A stretch of DNA of 64,000 nucleotides, taken from a virus (lineage: Duplodnaviria; Caudoviricetes). Positions 45,935 through 56,690 of this stretch are shown here, in pieces; position 1 is the first letter of the stretch; every line of letters starts with the position of its first letter. The position numbers and the translations under genes were made by a program. The notes beneath the pieces were generated by a model. It searched no databases and was not told the DNA's origin. It saw nothing but the letters and a program-made list of their open reading frames with translations. The stretch lies in the IMG/VR virus record IMGVR_UViG_2824233761_000002, positions 7,054 through 71,053 of that record, one strand, 5' to 3'.

Positions 45935-46282
45935 ATGGGTGCACACCTCGACGTCTCGCAGCTCGCCGCGCTAGGCGTCCGCATCGCCGGCGCCGGCCCC
46001 GCCGTGCAGGCCGGCGCCCGGACGGCGCTCACGCGGACCGCGTACGCCATCGAAGGCGACGCGAAGGTCCTCTGCCCGGTCGACACCGGCAACCTCATGG
46101 GCTCCATCTCCACCGACGTCGACGGCACCACGGCCGAGATCGGCCCGACCTCGGACTACGGGATCTACGTCGAGCTCGGGACCTCGCGGATGGCCGGGCA
46201 GCCGTTCATGGCGCCCGCGTTCGAGCGCCGTGTCCCGGAGTACGTCGACGCGCTGGCCACGATCGCGACGGCGGCGTTCTGA
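45935..46282 (+). CDS. HK97 gp10-like neck protein
   Basis: AKVLCPVDTGNLMGSI, YGIYVELGTSRMAGQPFMAPA. Confidence 0.9.
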   Translation: MGAHLDVSQLAALGVRIAGAGPAVQAGARTALTRTAYAIEGDAKVLCPVDTGNLMGSISTDVDGTTAEIGPTSDYGIYVELGTSRMAGQPFMAPAFERRVPEYVDALATIATAAF

Positions 46283-46284
46283 CG

Positions 46285-46776
46285 ATGGCGATCAGCAGGC
46301 GGCTCGTCCTCGACGCGGTCGCCGGCCGGCTCGCGGCCGTGACGAACGCGACCGGCTACCGCGGGCAGATCGGCGCGCGGTACGGCCTGCCTGGCGTGGT
46401 CGGCACGCCGGACGAGCCGCCGACGAAGACGGGCACGGACCTGCGAGTGCAGCCGTACTTCATCCTCGAGCCCGGCGTCGGCCGGCCCCTGCCCGGCGAG
46501 GGCTCACTCGGCGGGCCTACTGATCCTTTCCGTGACGTCGACGCGCCGTACGTCGTGCGCGCGGCCGCCGGCGACCACGACGACCTCCTGGCGCTCGTCG
46601 ACCGCATCGACGCCGTCCTCCGACCGCCCGGCGGCTGGGCACCGACCGTGGCCGGCGCGGTATGCGGGCCGCTGGTACCGCAGCCGGGCTACGAGCCGCC
46701 GCTGCTCACCGACAACGGCGTCACGCCGCCGCGGCTCTACGTGCCGCTGCAGTACCGGCTCATCGCCCACACCTAA
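46285..46776 (+). CDS. Tail terminator protein
   Basis: Synteny between gp10-like and major tail genes. Confidence 0.65.
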   Translation: MAISRRLVLDAVAGRLAAVTNATGYRGQIGARYGLPGVVGTPDEPPTKTGTDLRVQPYFILEPGVGRPLPGEGSLGGPTDPFRDVDAPYVVRAAAGDHDDLLALVDRIDAVLRPPGGWAPTVAGAVCGPLVPQPGYEPPLLTDNGVTPPRLYVPLQYRLIAHT

Positions 46777-46842
46777 GCCCCCGGAAGGCACTGCCTCCCG
46801 GGGGTTCGTCATGCCCTCACCCAGACCCATCAGGAGGCACCC

Positions 46843-47103
46843 ATGTCCGTCGACGGACTCACCTCGGCCTACCGGGTCGACACCGGCGAGAAGGTCCGCA
46901 TCCCGCCGCACTGGCTCGACCACCCGACCCTCGGGAAGCCGTTCCGGCGGACCCCGAAGTCCCGCGCCGCCGACCAGGCCCACGCGGGCTCCACCAGCAG
47001 CGACCCCGACAGCGGCACGCCGGCGGGGTCGGACCTCGACACCCCCACCAGCGGAGACGGCGACCCGGCCGCTCCCACCGAGACCCCGGCCGCCGGGGAC
47101 TGA
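46843..47103 (+). CDS. Small hypothetical protein
   Basis: RBS AGGAGG; DTGEKVRIPPHWLDHP. Confidence 0.65.
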   Translation: MSVDGLTSAYRVDTGEKVRIPPHWLDHPTLGKPFRRTPKSRAADQAHAGSTSSDPDSGTPAGSDLDTPTSGDGDPAAPTETPAAGD

Positions 47104-47112
47104 GGAGACACC

Positions 47113-47628
47113 ATGCCCAAGAGCCTGGCCGACGGCCACTCCAAGCTCACCCTGCTCACCGCCAAGCCCGTCGACCCGTTCAACCCGACGGTGACCGAGC
47201 TCAACGCCGGCGTCGACGTGTCATGCGCGGTCCTCGCGTCCGACTTCACGTGGTCGGCGACCGACTCCGACAAGGTCAACGAGAAGGCGCTGTGCACCAC
47301 GAACAACGCCAACGCGATCGGCGCCAGCAACTTCCAGGCCGGCCTCACCATCTTCCGCGAGTTCGATGAGGCCGACGGCGCCGTCGACCCAATCGCGGAC
47401 GTCGCCTACCAGACGGTGAAGGAGAAGGGCACCACCGTCTACGGCTACCTCCGTGAGGACGGGAAGCTCGCCACGCAGCCCTGGGTCGCCGGTGACGAGG
47501 CGCTGTACCTCGAGGTGCTGACGGACAACCCGCAGCGGCCGCAGAACGCGGGTGGCTACATCAAGCGGCGGGTGCCGATGGAGCCGCAGAACGGTGGCGA
47601 CGTGACCGTCGCGGCCGCGACGCCCTGA
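47113..47628 (+). CDS. Major tail protein
   Basis: NPTVTELNAGVDVSC, EKALC; actinophage tail-tube pattern. Confidence 0.85.
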   Translation: MPKSLADGHSKLTLLTAKPVDPFNPTVTELNAGVDVSCAVLASDFTWSATDSDKVNEKALCTTNNANAIGASNFQAGLTIFREFDEADGAVDPIADVAYQTVKEKGTTVYGYLREDGKLATQPWVAGDEALYLEVLTDNPQRPQNAGGYIKRRVPMEPQNGGDVTVAAATP

Positions 47629-47649
47629 TCGGCGGCTGCCCCACGAACG

Positions 47650-47685
47650 GGGTGGCGGGCGCTACGTCGAGGTCGCCCGCCACCC
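47650..47685 (+). terminator. Hairpin after major tail gene
   Basis: GGGTGGCGGGCG / CGCCCGCCACCC 12-bp stem. Confidence 0.55.
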
Positions 47686-47759
47686 TCCCCTCGCTTCACC
47701 TATCTCGATGACCTCACCTCGACGACCAGCTGCACACCAACCTCGACAGGAGCACGACC

Positions 47760-48440
47760 ATGAACGACCACACCGACCAGGCCCTCGGCGACACCACCCC
47801 CGACCAGCCGACCCCCTCGAGCACCATGACTCCGTTCGGTGACCCCGCCGGCGCGCCCATCCAGCCCGAACGGCCCGCCCCCGACGCGACCGTGCGGCAG
47901 TGGACCCTCGAGCAGATCCTCGACACCGCGAAGCGGCCCCGCCGCCGCGCCAAGATCTGCCTGCGCGCCGACCTCCAGGCCGAGTACGACCAGTGCATCT
48001 ACGAGCTCTCCGGACTCATCGACGCCCAGGGCCGCGTGATCGTCGACGACGAGCGGCCGGTCGGGGAGCAGTCGGCGAGGGCCCGCGCGAGCGAGCTGGC
48101 CGACCGGATGGTCGCCCTGCGCCGCGAGATGGCCGCGTTCATGTGGTACCCGCTGTTCGAGGGGCTCGACTCCGACGCGCTGCAGGCGTTCAACTCCAAG
48201 CACCGGCCGAAGCCGAAGAGCAACGGCGAGGGCCCGGACATGACGGAGTACAACACGCTGCTGATCGCGGAGTGCTCGGTCGAGCCGCGCCTGTCCGTGG
48301 ATGACGTGCGGGCGCTGCGGAAGAAGCTCGGGGCCGCGGCGATGGGCGAGCTGTCGGCGACCGCGAACGAGGTCTGCGCGAAGGGCGGCGTGGATTTTCC
48401 TCAGCTGCCGAGCGGCTTGGCTCGGCTGCAGGAGCGGTAG
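47760..48440 (+). CDS. Tail assembly chaperone (short form; -1 frameshift product ends at 48856)
   Basis: G_GAT_TTT at 48392-48398; -1 frame open from there to 48856. Confidence 0.8.
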   Translation: MNDHTDQALGDTTPDQPTPSSTMTPFGDPAGAPIQPERPAPDATVRQWTLEQILDTAKRPRRRAKICLRADLQAEYDQCIYELSGLIDAQGRVIVDDERPVGEQSARARASELADRMVALRREMAAFMWYPLFEGLDSDALQAFNSKHRPKPKSNGEGPDMTEYNTLLIAECSVEPRLSVDDVRALRKKLGAAAMGELSATANEVCAKGGVDFPQLPSGLARLQER

Positions 48441-48934
48441 CCCGCCGGATCGTCGCGACCGCCCGCGGCCTGGGTGTCGCGCCGACGGTGTTCGCGGGCC
48501 TGCGGCAGGTGACGACGACGTACCTGTACGAGGACCCGGAGCACCCCGACCGGGCCACGGGGTCGTTCGAGTCGGTGGCGTACACGCCGGAGGACCAGGC
48601 GCTGCTGCTGGGTCTGGCGGCGTACGAGCACCAGCAGCAGCACGGGGGCATGGGTTCGTGCTCGTGTGGGTGGCCGATCGAGGTGGCGTGGCACTCGGAG
48701 ATGGACGGCTGGTTCGGGACGCTCGACGTCGTTTGTCACGTGTGCACGGCGCGTGCTGGGAAGACGGTCACGCACACGATCGTGCGTGACACCCGGCCGG
48801 CTGGGCATCCGGCGTTGCCGCCGTTCGTGCTCGGTGTGACCACCACCGAAGCCTGACTTCTCCCCGTCCCCGTCTCCGTTCTGGCCCCGCCGTTGTGCGG
48901 GGCCCTTCGTCGTTCATGAGAGGCGGTGGGCCCG

Positions 48935-51900
48935 ATGGGTGCTGAAGCACGCTCTGTTGTCGTCAGGCTCACCGCCGAGACCGCGCAGTACATCGCGCAG
49001 ATGCAGGCCTCGGGCCGCATGACGGTCAACGCGATGAAGCCGGCCGAGGCCGCGGTCATGCGGCAGTCCGCGGCGATCGACGACCTCGGCGGGAAGGCCG
49101 GAAAGCTCGGTCTCGCCGCAGCGGCTGGCGTCGCGGCGATGGGCAAGGCCGCGATGGACTGGGAGTCCCAGTGGGCCGGCGTCGAGAAGACCGTCGACGG
49201 CACGGCATCGCAGCTCAACGGGCTCGAGGACGACCTCCGCGGGCTCGCCCGCACGATGCCCGCGACGCACCAGGAGATCGCCGCCACCGCCGAGGCCGCC
49301 GGCCAGCTCGGCGTCGCCACCGAGGACATCACCGACTTCACCGAGGTCATGGTGAAGATGGGCGAGACGACGAACCTGACCTCCGACGAGGCGGCCACGT
49401 CGATCGCGCAGTTCATGAACGTGATGCAGACCGCGGCCGGTGACGTCGACGAGATCGGCAACACGATCGTCGACCTCGGCAACAAGGGCGCGTCGACCGA
49501 GGCCCAGATCGTGAACATGGCGCAGCGGGTCTCCGGCGCCGGCACGACCATCGGCGCGACCGAGCAGGACGTCCTAGGCCTGTCGGCGGCGATGGCGAAC
49601 CTCGGTATCCAGTCGGAGCTTGGCGGCGGGGCGATCCAGCGCGTGCTTCTGGGCATCAACACGCAGGTCGCCTCGTCCGGGGACAAGCTCGAGCGGTACG
49701 CCGAGGTCTCGGGGATGTCGGCCGAGGCGTTCGCGCAGGCGTGGCGTACGTCGCCGGTGGAGGCGTTCGATCAGCTGGTTCAGGGGCTCGGTCGGATCCA
49801 GGCCGAGGGTGGCGACGTCGCCAGTGTCCTGGACTCGATGGGCATCAAGGGGACCCAGAACCTGCAGGTCATGCTACGGCTCGCCGGGTCTGGGGACATG
49901 CTCACTCGGTCCCTGAACCAGGCGAACGATGCGTGGGACCAGAACTCGGCCCTCACGGAGGAGTTCGCCAAGCGGCTGGGCACCACGGCCGCTGAGGTCC
50001 AGATCGCGTGGAACAACATCAAGGACGCCGGGATCGAGGGTGGCCAGGTCCTCCTCCCGATCATCTCCGAGATCGCAGCACACGTTGCCGACATGGGGGC
50101 AGCGTTCGGCGAACTTCCGGACCCCGTCAAAGACATCACCACCGCGGGTCTCGCGCTCACCGCGGTGCTCGGCGGGGGCCTGTGGTTCGGCGCGAAGGTC
50201 ATCGGGGGCATCACGTCGACCAGAGCGTCTCTGGCGGCGCTGCGGCCCGAGATCGCCCGAGTCGGAACCGACCTCGCGACCCGCTCCGGCGTCCGACAGT
50301 TCACCAGCGACCTGGCCATCATGGCGACCACCTCGCGGACCGCCGGCGCCACGAGCGCGCGCGAGCTCGAGCGGACCGCGGCCGCCTCGCAGCGACTCCG
50401 GGGCCAGCTGGGCACCGCGGCGCTGCGCGGCGGGGCGCTCCTCGCGGGCCTCACCCTCGCGACAACCGACCTCGCCGACGGCATGGGTCTGGCCAACACC
50501 GCGTCGTACGCCCTGATGGGCAGCATCGCCGGCCCCTGGGGTGCCGCGATCGGCGGTGGCATCGGCCTCATGTCCGACTTCCACGCCGAGTCGCGCTCCG
50601 CGAGCAAGGCCATCGACGGCTTCAACGACAGCCTCGACGACACCGACGTCGCCAAGATGCTCGCCGGGTTCCAGGCGCTCCAGTCGAAGACGACCGACCT
50701 GAACGCGGACCTCGAGGACACCCACTTCATCCTCAGCCGAGGATTCCTTGACGGCATCTCCGACACCTGGTCCGGGATCGTCGACGTGTTCGGCGACGGC
50801 GCGACCGAGCTGAACCAGGCCAGCGGCGAGGCGACCGACCAGCTGGTCAACCTCACCGGCGTCCTCCAGGGCGTCGCCCAGGCGAACGGGGACTTCATCG
50901 CCTCGGCCTCCAACGGGCTGCAGAACCTCCCCTACGGTGACCTCGAGGACCTCGCCCGCGTCGGGGAGAAGGTCCAGCCGATCCTCGACGACCTCGGGTA
51001 CTCCCTCGACGACCTGATGTCGATGAAGCCCGGATCGCCAGAGGCGGTCAAGGCGATCCAGGAGATCACCGACGCGCTCGCGCACGCCGACAGCCCGGCC
51101 GGTCGAGTCGAGGCGCTCGGGGACGCGATCGATGGTCTCGGGAACGACATGGAGACCACGGCCGACAAGGCCGAAGGCCTCGCCGACGCGCTCGACGCGC
51201 TGCTCGACCCCGGGATGAACCTCTCGGAGGCCACCGACCAGTGGACGACCGCGCTGAGGCACCTGTCCGACGACCTCGACAAGAACAACCGGACGCTCCG
51301 GGGGAACAGCGACGCGGCGATCAAGAACCGCGACGCGGTCCGCGAGCGGGTCGGGCAGATCAAGGACCTGCTCGTCGCCGAGGCTGACGCCGGCGCGTCG
51401 TCGGCGCGGCTGTCGAAGGTGCTGGGCAGTCAGCGGAAGGCGCTGATCGACGCCGGGGCGGCCGCAGGCATCAGTCGCGACGAGATGCGGGCATACCTCA
51501 AGGAGCTGGGGCTCACTCCGAAGCTGATCCGTACGGTCATCGACGCCGACACGCGGCAGGCGTTGAGCGCGATGGACCAGGTCAAGCGGATGCTCGACCA
51601 GCTCGACGGGAAGCGCGCCCAGACCGTCGTCGAGACCGTCTACCTCCAGACGAACAAGCCCAAGGCGACCCCCGGCAGCCCCGATGGGCTCAACAGGGCC
51701 AGCGGTGGCCCGATCTACGGGCCCGGGACGAAGACCTCGGACTCGATCCCGGTGATGGCCTCCAACGGCGAGTTCATGATGTCGGCCGCGGCGGTCGACC
51801 ACTACGGCCTCGACACCATGTTCGCGATGAACGCCCGTCACCTCGCATCCGGCGGCGATGTCGCCGGACGCGTCGCCCCGCAGGGAACCCTGGACGACCG

Positions 51901-52852
51901 ACTCGCGATCGCGCAGGCCATGCAGTCGATCCGTGACCTCACCCGCGACCTCAACGAGCGGGTGCAGAAGGGCAAGCACAAGGGCGACCTGGTCACCACC
52001 GGTATCGACCGGGAACTCCTCGAGCTCCAGCTGAAGGCTGCCCGAAAGGAGCTTGAGAACGCCGAGAGCCGTGAGAAGCGGGAGAAGCGGGAGGCGGCCC
52101 GCGAGGCCCGCCGGGAGGCGCGGGAGGCCAAGCAGGCCATCAGGGACGCGAAGGCGGGGCTGGGTATCGCTGCCGGCCTGTCGACGCCGTCCGCAGGTGA
52201 GGCCGCCGGCATGGCGACGTGGGACGCGATCGCGGGGTTCCGCGACCAGATCCGCGACGCCGGTGGGAAGGTCGGAGCGAACTTCGACATGCTCGCGCTC
52301 AAGAGCGCGATCCTGACTGCCCGCTACACCACGAACGCGGAGAAGATCGACGACCTCAACAACCAGATCGACTCGATCCGGACCGCCGCCGCCGGCTCGT
52401 TCATGCACGACCCATTCCAGGGCGGCCTGGCTGACTTTGACCTTCAGGTCGCGGCCGACACCAACGACACCAACGCCATGACCGAGGCGCTCGCCGCGGC
52501 GGCCGCGAAGGGCCTCGACGGGCCGCTGGCAGCGGCGCTGGCGTCGAGCGGGAACCTGCTGCTGGCGCAGGCGTTCGCCGGCATGGACGCGGCCGGGATC
52601 GAGCGGCGGGAGCGGGCGTACGCGGCGCGCGATGTGGCGGGGAAGGCATTGGGGGACATGGCGGTGCAGGTGTCGGGGCTCGCGACGCAGGTCAGCAGTC
52701 TCGTTGCGGAGAACGCCAAGCTCATCGGGCAGATCAACCAGATGGAGGGCAAGATCAAGAACGGGGTGTACGCCGGCGCGTACGACGGGACTGCGCAGCG
52801 AGAGCGGGACAGGGACAAGAAGCTCAGGGGCCGTACAGGAGCTGGCCGATGA
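48935..52852 (+). CDS. Tape measure protein
   Basis: ~1305 aa; WESQWAGVEKTVDG TMP domain; GGPIYGPGTKTSDSIPVMASNGEF motif. Confidence 0.95.
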   Translation: MGAEARSVVVRLTAETAQYIAQMQASGRMTVNAMKPAEAAVMRQSAAIDDLGGKAGKLGLAAAAGVAAMGKAAMDWESQWAGVEKTVDGTASQLNGLEDDLRGLARTMPATHQEIAATAEAAGQLGVATEDITDFTEVMVKMGETTNLTSDEAATSIAQFMNVMQTAAGDVDEIGNTIVDLGNKGASTEAQIVNMAQRVSGAGTTIGATEQDVLGLSAAMANLGIQSELGGGAIQRVLLGINTQVASSGDKLERYAEVSGMSAEAFAQAWRTSPVEAFDQLVQGLGRIQAEGGDVASVLDSMGIKGTQNLQVMLRLAGSGDMLTRSLNQANDAWDQNSALTEEFAKRLGTTAAEVQIAWNNIKDAGIEGGQVLLPIISEIAAHVADMGAAFGELPDPVKDITTAGLALTAVLGGGLWFGAKVIGGITSTRASLAALRPEIARVGTDLATRSGVRQFTSDLAIMATTSRTAGATSARELERTAAASQRLRGQLGTAALRGGALLAGLTLATTDLADGMGLANTASYALMGSIAGPWGAAIGGGIGLMSDFHAESRSASKAIDGFNDSLDDTDVAKMLAGFQALQSKTTDLNADLEDTHFILSRGFLDGISDTWSGIVDVFGDGATELNQASGEATDQLVNLTGVLQGVAQANGDFIASASNGLQNLPYGDLEDLARVGEKVQPILDDLGYSLDDLMSMKPGSPEAVKAIQEITDALAHADSPAGRVEALGDAIDGLGNDMETTADKAEGLADALDALLDPGMNLSEATDQWTTALRHLSDDLDKNNRTLRGNSDAAIKNRDAVRERVGQIKDLLVAEADAGASSARLSKVLGSQRKALIDAGAAAGISRDEMRAYLKELGLTPKLIRTVIDADTRQALSAMDQVKRMLDQLDGKRAQTVVETVYLQTNKPKATPGSPDGLNRASGGPIYGPGTKTSDSIPVMASNGEFMMSAAAVDHYGLDTMFAMNARHLASGGDVAGRVAPQGTLDDRLAIAQAMQSIRDLTRDLNERVQKGKHKGDLVTTGIDRELLELQLKAARKELENAESREKREKREAAREARREAREAKQAIRDAKAGLGIAAGLSTPSAGEAAGMATWDAIAGFRDQIRDAGGKVGANFDMLALKSAILTARYTTNAEKIDDLNNQIDSIRTAAAGSFMHDPFQGGLADFDLQVAADTNDTNAMTEALAAAAAKGLDGPLAAALASSGNLLLAQAFAGMDAAGIERRERAYAARDVAGKALGDMAVQVSGLATQVSSLVAENAKLIGQINQMEGKIKNGVYAGAYDGTAQRERDRDKKLRGRTGAGR

Positions 52853-54279
52853 GCCCGGAGCCCGGCCCGGTTCTGCAGTTCGTCGACGCTCCCGACGTGA
52901 CCGCCACCGTCCGGCTCGATCTGTCCCAGCCGGGCGAGGTGTACGTCCTCGCCGACGGGTTCACGATCGGACACCCGTCGTTCACCGGCGGCCCGGAGTC
53001 GGTCGGCGTGGACTACGGCTACCGCAGCCTGGCGCTCACCATCACCGTCGCAGGAGACGAAGCGTTCGCTCTCGGCGTGATGCAGGCCCTGGCTCGTGAG
53101 CTGCTGCGGCCGTCGAACTGGTTGCTGTTCCGGCTCACCCCCACGACGGAGCCCGTGTGGTTCAAGACCTACGCGGGCGAGCCCGGCGACCTGTCGTTCG
53201 ACCATGTTGGGTCCAAGCTGTGGCGCATCACCGTGCCCCTCACCGCCGCCGCCTTCGCATACGGTGCGGCGGAGATCGTGGGCCCGTTCACGGTCAACAA
53301 CAACCCAGCCGCCGGCTCTCACGCGTGCCGCTACGTGATCCCGACGCCGATCAAGGGAGACGCCCCCTCGCCGTGCTCGGTGCAGATCGCGCCATCCGTG
53401 ATCTGGGTTGACCAAACCGCTCTCTTCGCCACCGTCAGCCACGATGGTCCAGCACCGGCCGCGCACGTGTGGCAGACCGGGTCGTTCACAGCCGGCGCCG
53501 ATACGACTCACGACAACGCGGCCGGGTCCACCTTCTCCGGTGGATCCCGGTCGATCGTGACCTTCGCTGGCACCCCCGGACTTGCGACCCGTCTTTCCGG
53601 CGTCGCACCCACCAGTCCCGAGCCCGGCAGGTACCGCGTGTTCCTCCGCGCTGCGCGCTCCGACACCAGCACGCGGTTCACCGCCAGGATGACGCTGCGG
53701 TACATCGGCTCCACCGTCGACGTCGCCACCAACGGCGTCGTGGCGGCCCTCGACCGGCCGCCGTTCTCTGCCAACGGGTACGCCTGCCTGCTCGACCTCG
53801 GGGACTTCTCCATCCCGCTCGGTGGCGCCGGCTGGGATGCCTCGGACCTACCGGCCGGCGGTACCCCACCCGACATTGCCGTCAAGCTCCAGCGCACCAC
53901 CGGCACAGGCGCCGCCTGGCTTGACTACCTGCTGCTCATCCCGATCGACACAGTCACCACCAGCCAGACGCGGATGATGCGGTCCTACTTCAAGAGCTGC
54001 GACATCCAGGCCAGCCGGTACGGGGTCTGGGACGCCGAGAGGGAGCTTTTTCGGGCGATGAACACCGGCGACGTGTTCGCCGGGATGATCACGCCTCAGC
54101 TCTCGGGAGGTTTCCCGATGCTCGAGCCCGGCAAGAGCAACGTCTTCCACCTTCACCACCAGGTTGGATGCACCACGAACCCCGTCGACCTGAACGCGCC
54201 GAACTTCGATGCGATCGCCTCGACTGCGGACGTGACGCTGACGTACCACCCGCGCTACCTATACCTGCGAGGAGACTGA
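52849..54279 (+). CDS. Distal tail / minor tail protein
   Basis: ATGA coupling to TMP; C-terminal YHPRYL. Confidence 0.75.
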   Translation: MSPEPGPVLQFVDAPDVTATVRLDLSQPGEVYVLADGFTIGHPSFTGGPESVGVDYGYRSLALTITVAGDEAFALGVMQALARELLRPSNWLLFRLTPTTEPVWFKTYAGEPGDLSFDHVGSKLWRITVPLTAAAFAYGAAEIVGPFTVNNNPAAGSHACRYVIPTPIKGDAPSPCSVQIAPSVIWVDQTALFATVSHDGPAPAAHVWQTGSFTAGADTTHDNAAGSTFSGGSRSIVTFAGTPGLATRLSGVAPTSPEPGRYRVFLRAARSDTSTRFTARMTLRYIGSTVDVATNGVVAALDRPPFSANGYACLLDLGDFSIPLGGAGWDASDLPAGGTPPDIAVKLQRTTGTGAAWLDYLLLIPIDTVTTSQTRMMRSYFKSCDIQASRYGVWDAERELFRAMNTGDVFAGMITPQLSGGFPMLEPGKSNVFHLHHQVGCTTNPVDLNAPNFDAIASTADVTLTYHPRYLYLRGD

Positions 54280-55928
54280 TGCGCGCCCCGCTGGCTGTTC
54301 GTCTTAGTGACGGCATGACCGACCAGCATGTGACGAAACATCTCTCCCGGCTCCGGTTCCGCAAGACCGCTCCCGGTGGCCACGCGGACGCCTCGTGTCA
54401 GCTTGACGCCTCGTCGCGTTCCTTCCCTGACCTTGGCCCAACCGACCGCCTCTGGATCTACGACACCCGCACCGGTAGCACCACCTGGGAGGGGTACGTC
54501 AACAACCCCGGCACCCGAAGTGGCCAGGACGGGCAGGGTTACGACATCACCGCCCTCGGCGGCCAGTCCCGCATGGCCGACCATGCCGACAGGTACGGCT
54601 ACATTGACCGCGACCTCGGCAACTGGCGGCCAAGTAGCTACAACGTCCAGAAGCCCAACGCCACCCGCCAATCAGGCAACGTCCCCGGTGCCGGCTGGTA
54701 CGGCGGCGAGCCCGCCCTCCAGCTGCAGTTCGTACCCGGCACCCCAGTTGGCGCCAGCGAAGAAACCTCGTTGATGTACACAGGGTTCCTTGGTGGCTCG
54801 ATGACCCTCGGCGGATACATCGGCTGCTACGACGCTGGAGCTGTCGATCCCAACTACGCGGTCTCCTGGTTCGGTGCGTTCTGGAACCCCGGCGATCCCA
54901 AGCACACCGTCTCTCTCGGCACTGGGATGGGCGCCGTCGCCGTCCTCACCGGAAACCCCTCGCTCCTCGCTGGCCGCGGGTCCCTGGTCTTTCAGCTCTA
55001 CCGCGCCACCTCTGCCGGCAACGTCGGTCAGGACAACGTCTGGGCGGTGTTCGGGCGCATCGCGGTCCTCGGACACCTCATGGACCGCTACGGCGCGCTG
55101 AAGAACATGCCCTCGGCTGCTCACCTCATCGCCGGCACAAGCCCCGGAGTCCCTGGGGTGTCCCCTGGCGGCGGCTCCTACTACACCGCCTACGTCCTCG
55201 CCCACGAAGTCGTCGAAGACCTCCTCGGCCGCAGCCTCACCTTCTGCGACCCCGCCACCGCGCAGATCGACGGCACCACGTTCAAGATCGACCAGCTTGC
55301 CTACCCGGACTCGGTCAAGCCCGCGCGGCTCCTCGATGACCTCACCAGCTTCGAGCCCGACATGATCTGGGAGGTCCTCGAGACCACGCACAACTCCACT
55401 GGCCGACACCGCTTCAACTACCGAGGCTGGCCCACCACGCCGCGCTACATGATTCCCCCATCCATCCCTACCGAGCAGCTCGGCTCGGACCTCGACCTCT
55501 GCAACCGAATCGTCGTGAAGTGGACCGACGAGCGAGGCATCGAGCAGTCCACGGTGATCACCTCCACCGTGCCCGCCCTCGACGCGGTCGGACGTATCCG
55601 AGACGCTGACCCAGTCACTCTCCGTGCTGGCCTGGGTTCCCTGGCCAACGCGGAACGGGTCGGCGGCCGGATCCTCGAAGCGAAGGCGTCGCCGCCGAGG
55701 GCTGCCCGGGTCGTCGTGGATCAGCCGATCATGGACCTCCAGACTGGATGTCTGGTGCATCCCTGGGAGATCGAGCCTGGGTACCTGGCTCGGGTCGTTG
55801 CGACCGGGGACGACCTGCGAGTTACCGAGATGGAGTACGACGACGACTCGTGCGCGGCGCACCTGCAGCTGGGGACGCCGGCGTTGACGACCGAGCAGTG
55901 GATCGCTCAGGCGGTTGGTGCTGTATGA
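54279..55928 (+). CDS. Minor tail (tail tip) protein
   Basis: LRFRKTAPGGH..ASC start; variable lower-GC middle; conserved ends. Confidence 0.75.
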   Translation: MRAPLAVRLSDGMTDQHVTKHLSRLRFRKTAPGGHADASCQLDASSRSFPDLGPTDRLWIYDTRTGSTTWEGYVNNPGTRSGQDGQGYDITALGGQSRMADHADRYGYIDRDLGNWRPSSYNVQKPNATRQSGNVPGAGWYGGEPALQLQFVPGTPVGASEETSLMYTGFLGGSMTLGGYIGCYDAGAVDPNYAVSWFGAFWNPGDPKHTVSLGTGMGAVAVLTGNPSLLAGRGSLVFQLYRATSAGNVGQDNVWAVFGRIAVLGHLMDRYGALKNMPSAAHLIAGTSPGVPGVSPGGGSYYTAYVLAHEVVEDLLGRSLTFCDPATAQIDGTTFKIDQLAYPDSVKPARLLDDLTSFEPDMIWEVLETTHNSTGRHRFNYRGWPTTPRYMIPPSIPTEQLGSDLDLCNRIVVKWTDERGIEQSTVITSTVPALDAVGRIRDADPVTLRAGLGSLANAERVGGRILEAKASPPRAARVVVDQPIMDLQTGCLVHPWEIEPGYLARVVATGDDLRVTEMEYDDDSCAAHLQLGTPALTTEQWIAQAVGAV

Positions 55929-56224
55929 CGGCGATCCGCGCGCAGCTCGGTTTCGGGCAGTCCATCGGTCCGGCGTCGTTCGTTGATCTCACCGATGCCG
56001 AGGTTGAGGTGCGGTTCGGTGATGGTGGTCTGCTCGAGGTGACCCTCACCCCGGACGTGTCGGGTGAGGTTGCGGCTGCGGTGCGGTGTCGGGTGATCTC
56101 GCAGGGGCCGGAGGACGAGGCGGTCCGCCGGGAGATCGCAGGGCTGCTGGCCGAGGAGCCGGGGCCGGGGCGGACGGCGGCGCTGGTGGAAGCGCTCGGC
56201 CGGCTCGCGGTGCTGGTGCCGTGA
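55925..56224 (+). CDS. Hypothetical tail-module protein
   Basis: ATGA coupling. Confidence 0.55.
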   Translation: MTAIRAQLGFGQSIGPASFVDLTDAEVEVRFGDGGLLEVTLTPDVSGEVAAAVRCRVISQGPEDEAVRREIAGLLAEEPGPGRTAALVEALGRLAVLVP

Positions 56225-56268
56225 CGATCCACGACCCTTCGCGGGTCTGACCAGAGGGAGAGCACCGC

Positions 56269-56613
56269 GTGATGGATGCCGGTACCCGCGAGGCGATCAC
56301 CTGGACACTCGGCACGCTGATCGCAGGGTTCGCGATCCTCGGCGTGCTGGTGCGGCTCGTGCTGCTGCCCTACCTGCGCGAGCACCTGATCGCGCCGGTC
56401 AAGCAGGTCGAAAAGCAGGTCTCGGAGAACCACCACTCCAACGAGCCACCCACCGTGCTCGACCGCCTCGACGACGTGCAGCAGGAGGTCAAGGTCCTCG
56501 GCCGGATGCTCGAGGGCCACATGGAGTGGTCAGAACGCTGGGTCAAGCTCATCGAGCGCGAGGTCGACGTCGCCCGCCGCGACCGCGGCACGCCACCGCC
56601 TGCCGGCTCCTGA
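56269..56613 (+). CDS. Single-TM coiled-coil protein of the lysis module (DUF2746-like)
   Basis: N-terminal TM then ENHHSNEPPTVLDRLD. Confidence 0.6.
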   Translation: MMDAGTREAITWTLGTLIAGFAILGVLVRLVLLPYLREHLIAPVKQVEKQVSENHHSNEPPTVLDRLDDVQQEVKVLGRMLEGHMEWSERWVKLIEREVDVARRDRGTPPPAGS

Positions 56614-56690
56614 CCTGACCCACCTCGTCCCCTCTCCCCCGCGTCGCGCTGCTGCGTGGCGCCATCTCTGCCTGCCCGAAGGAGGCACCC

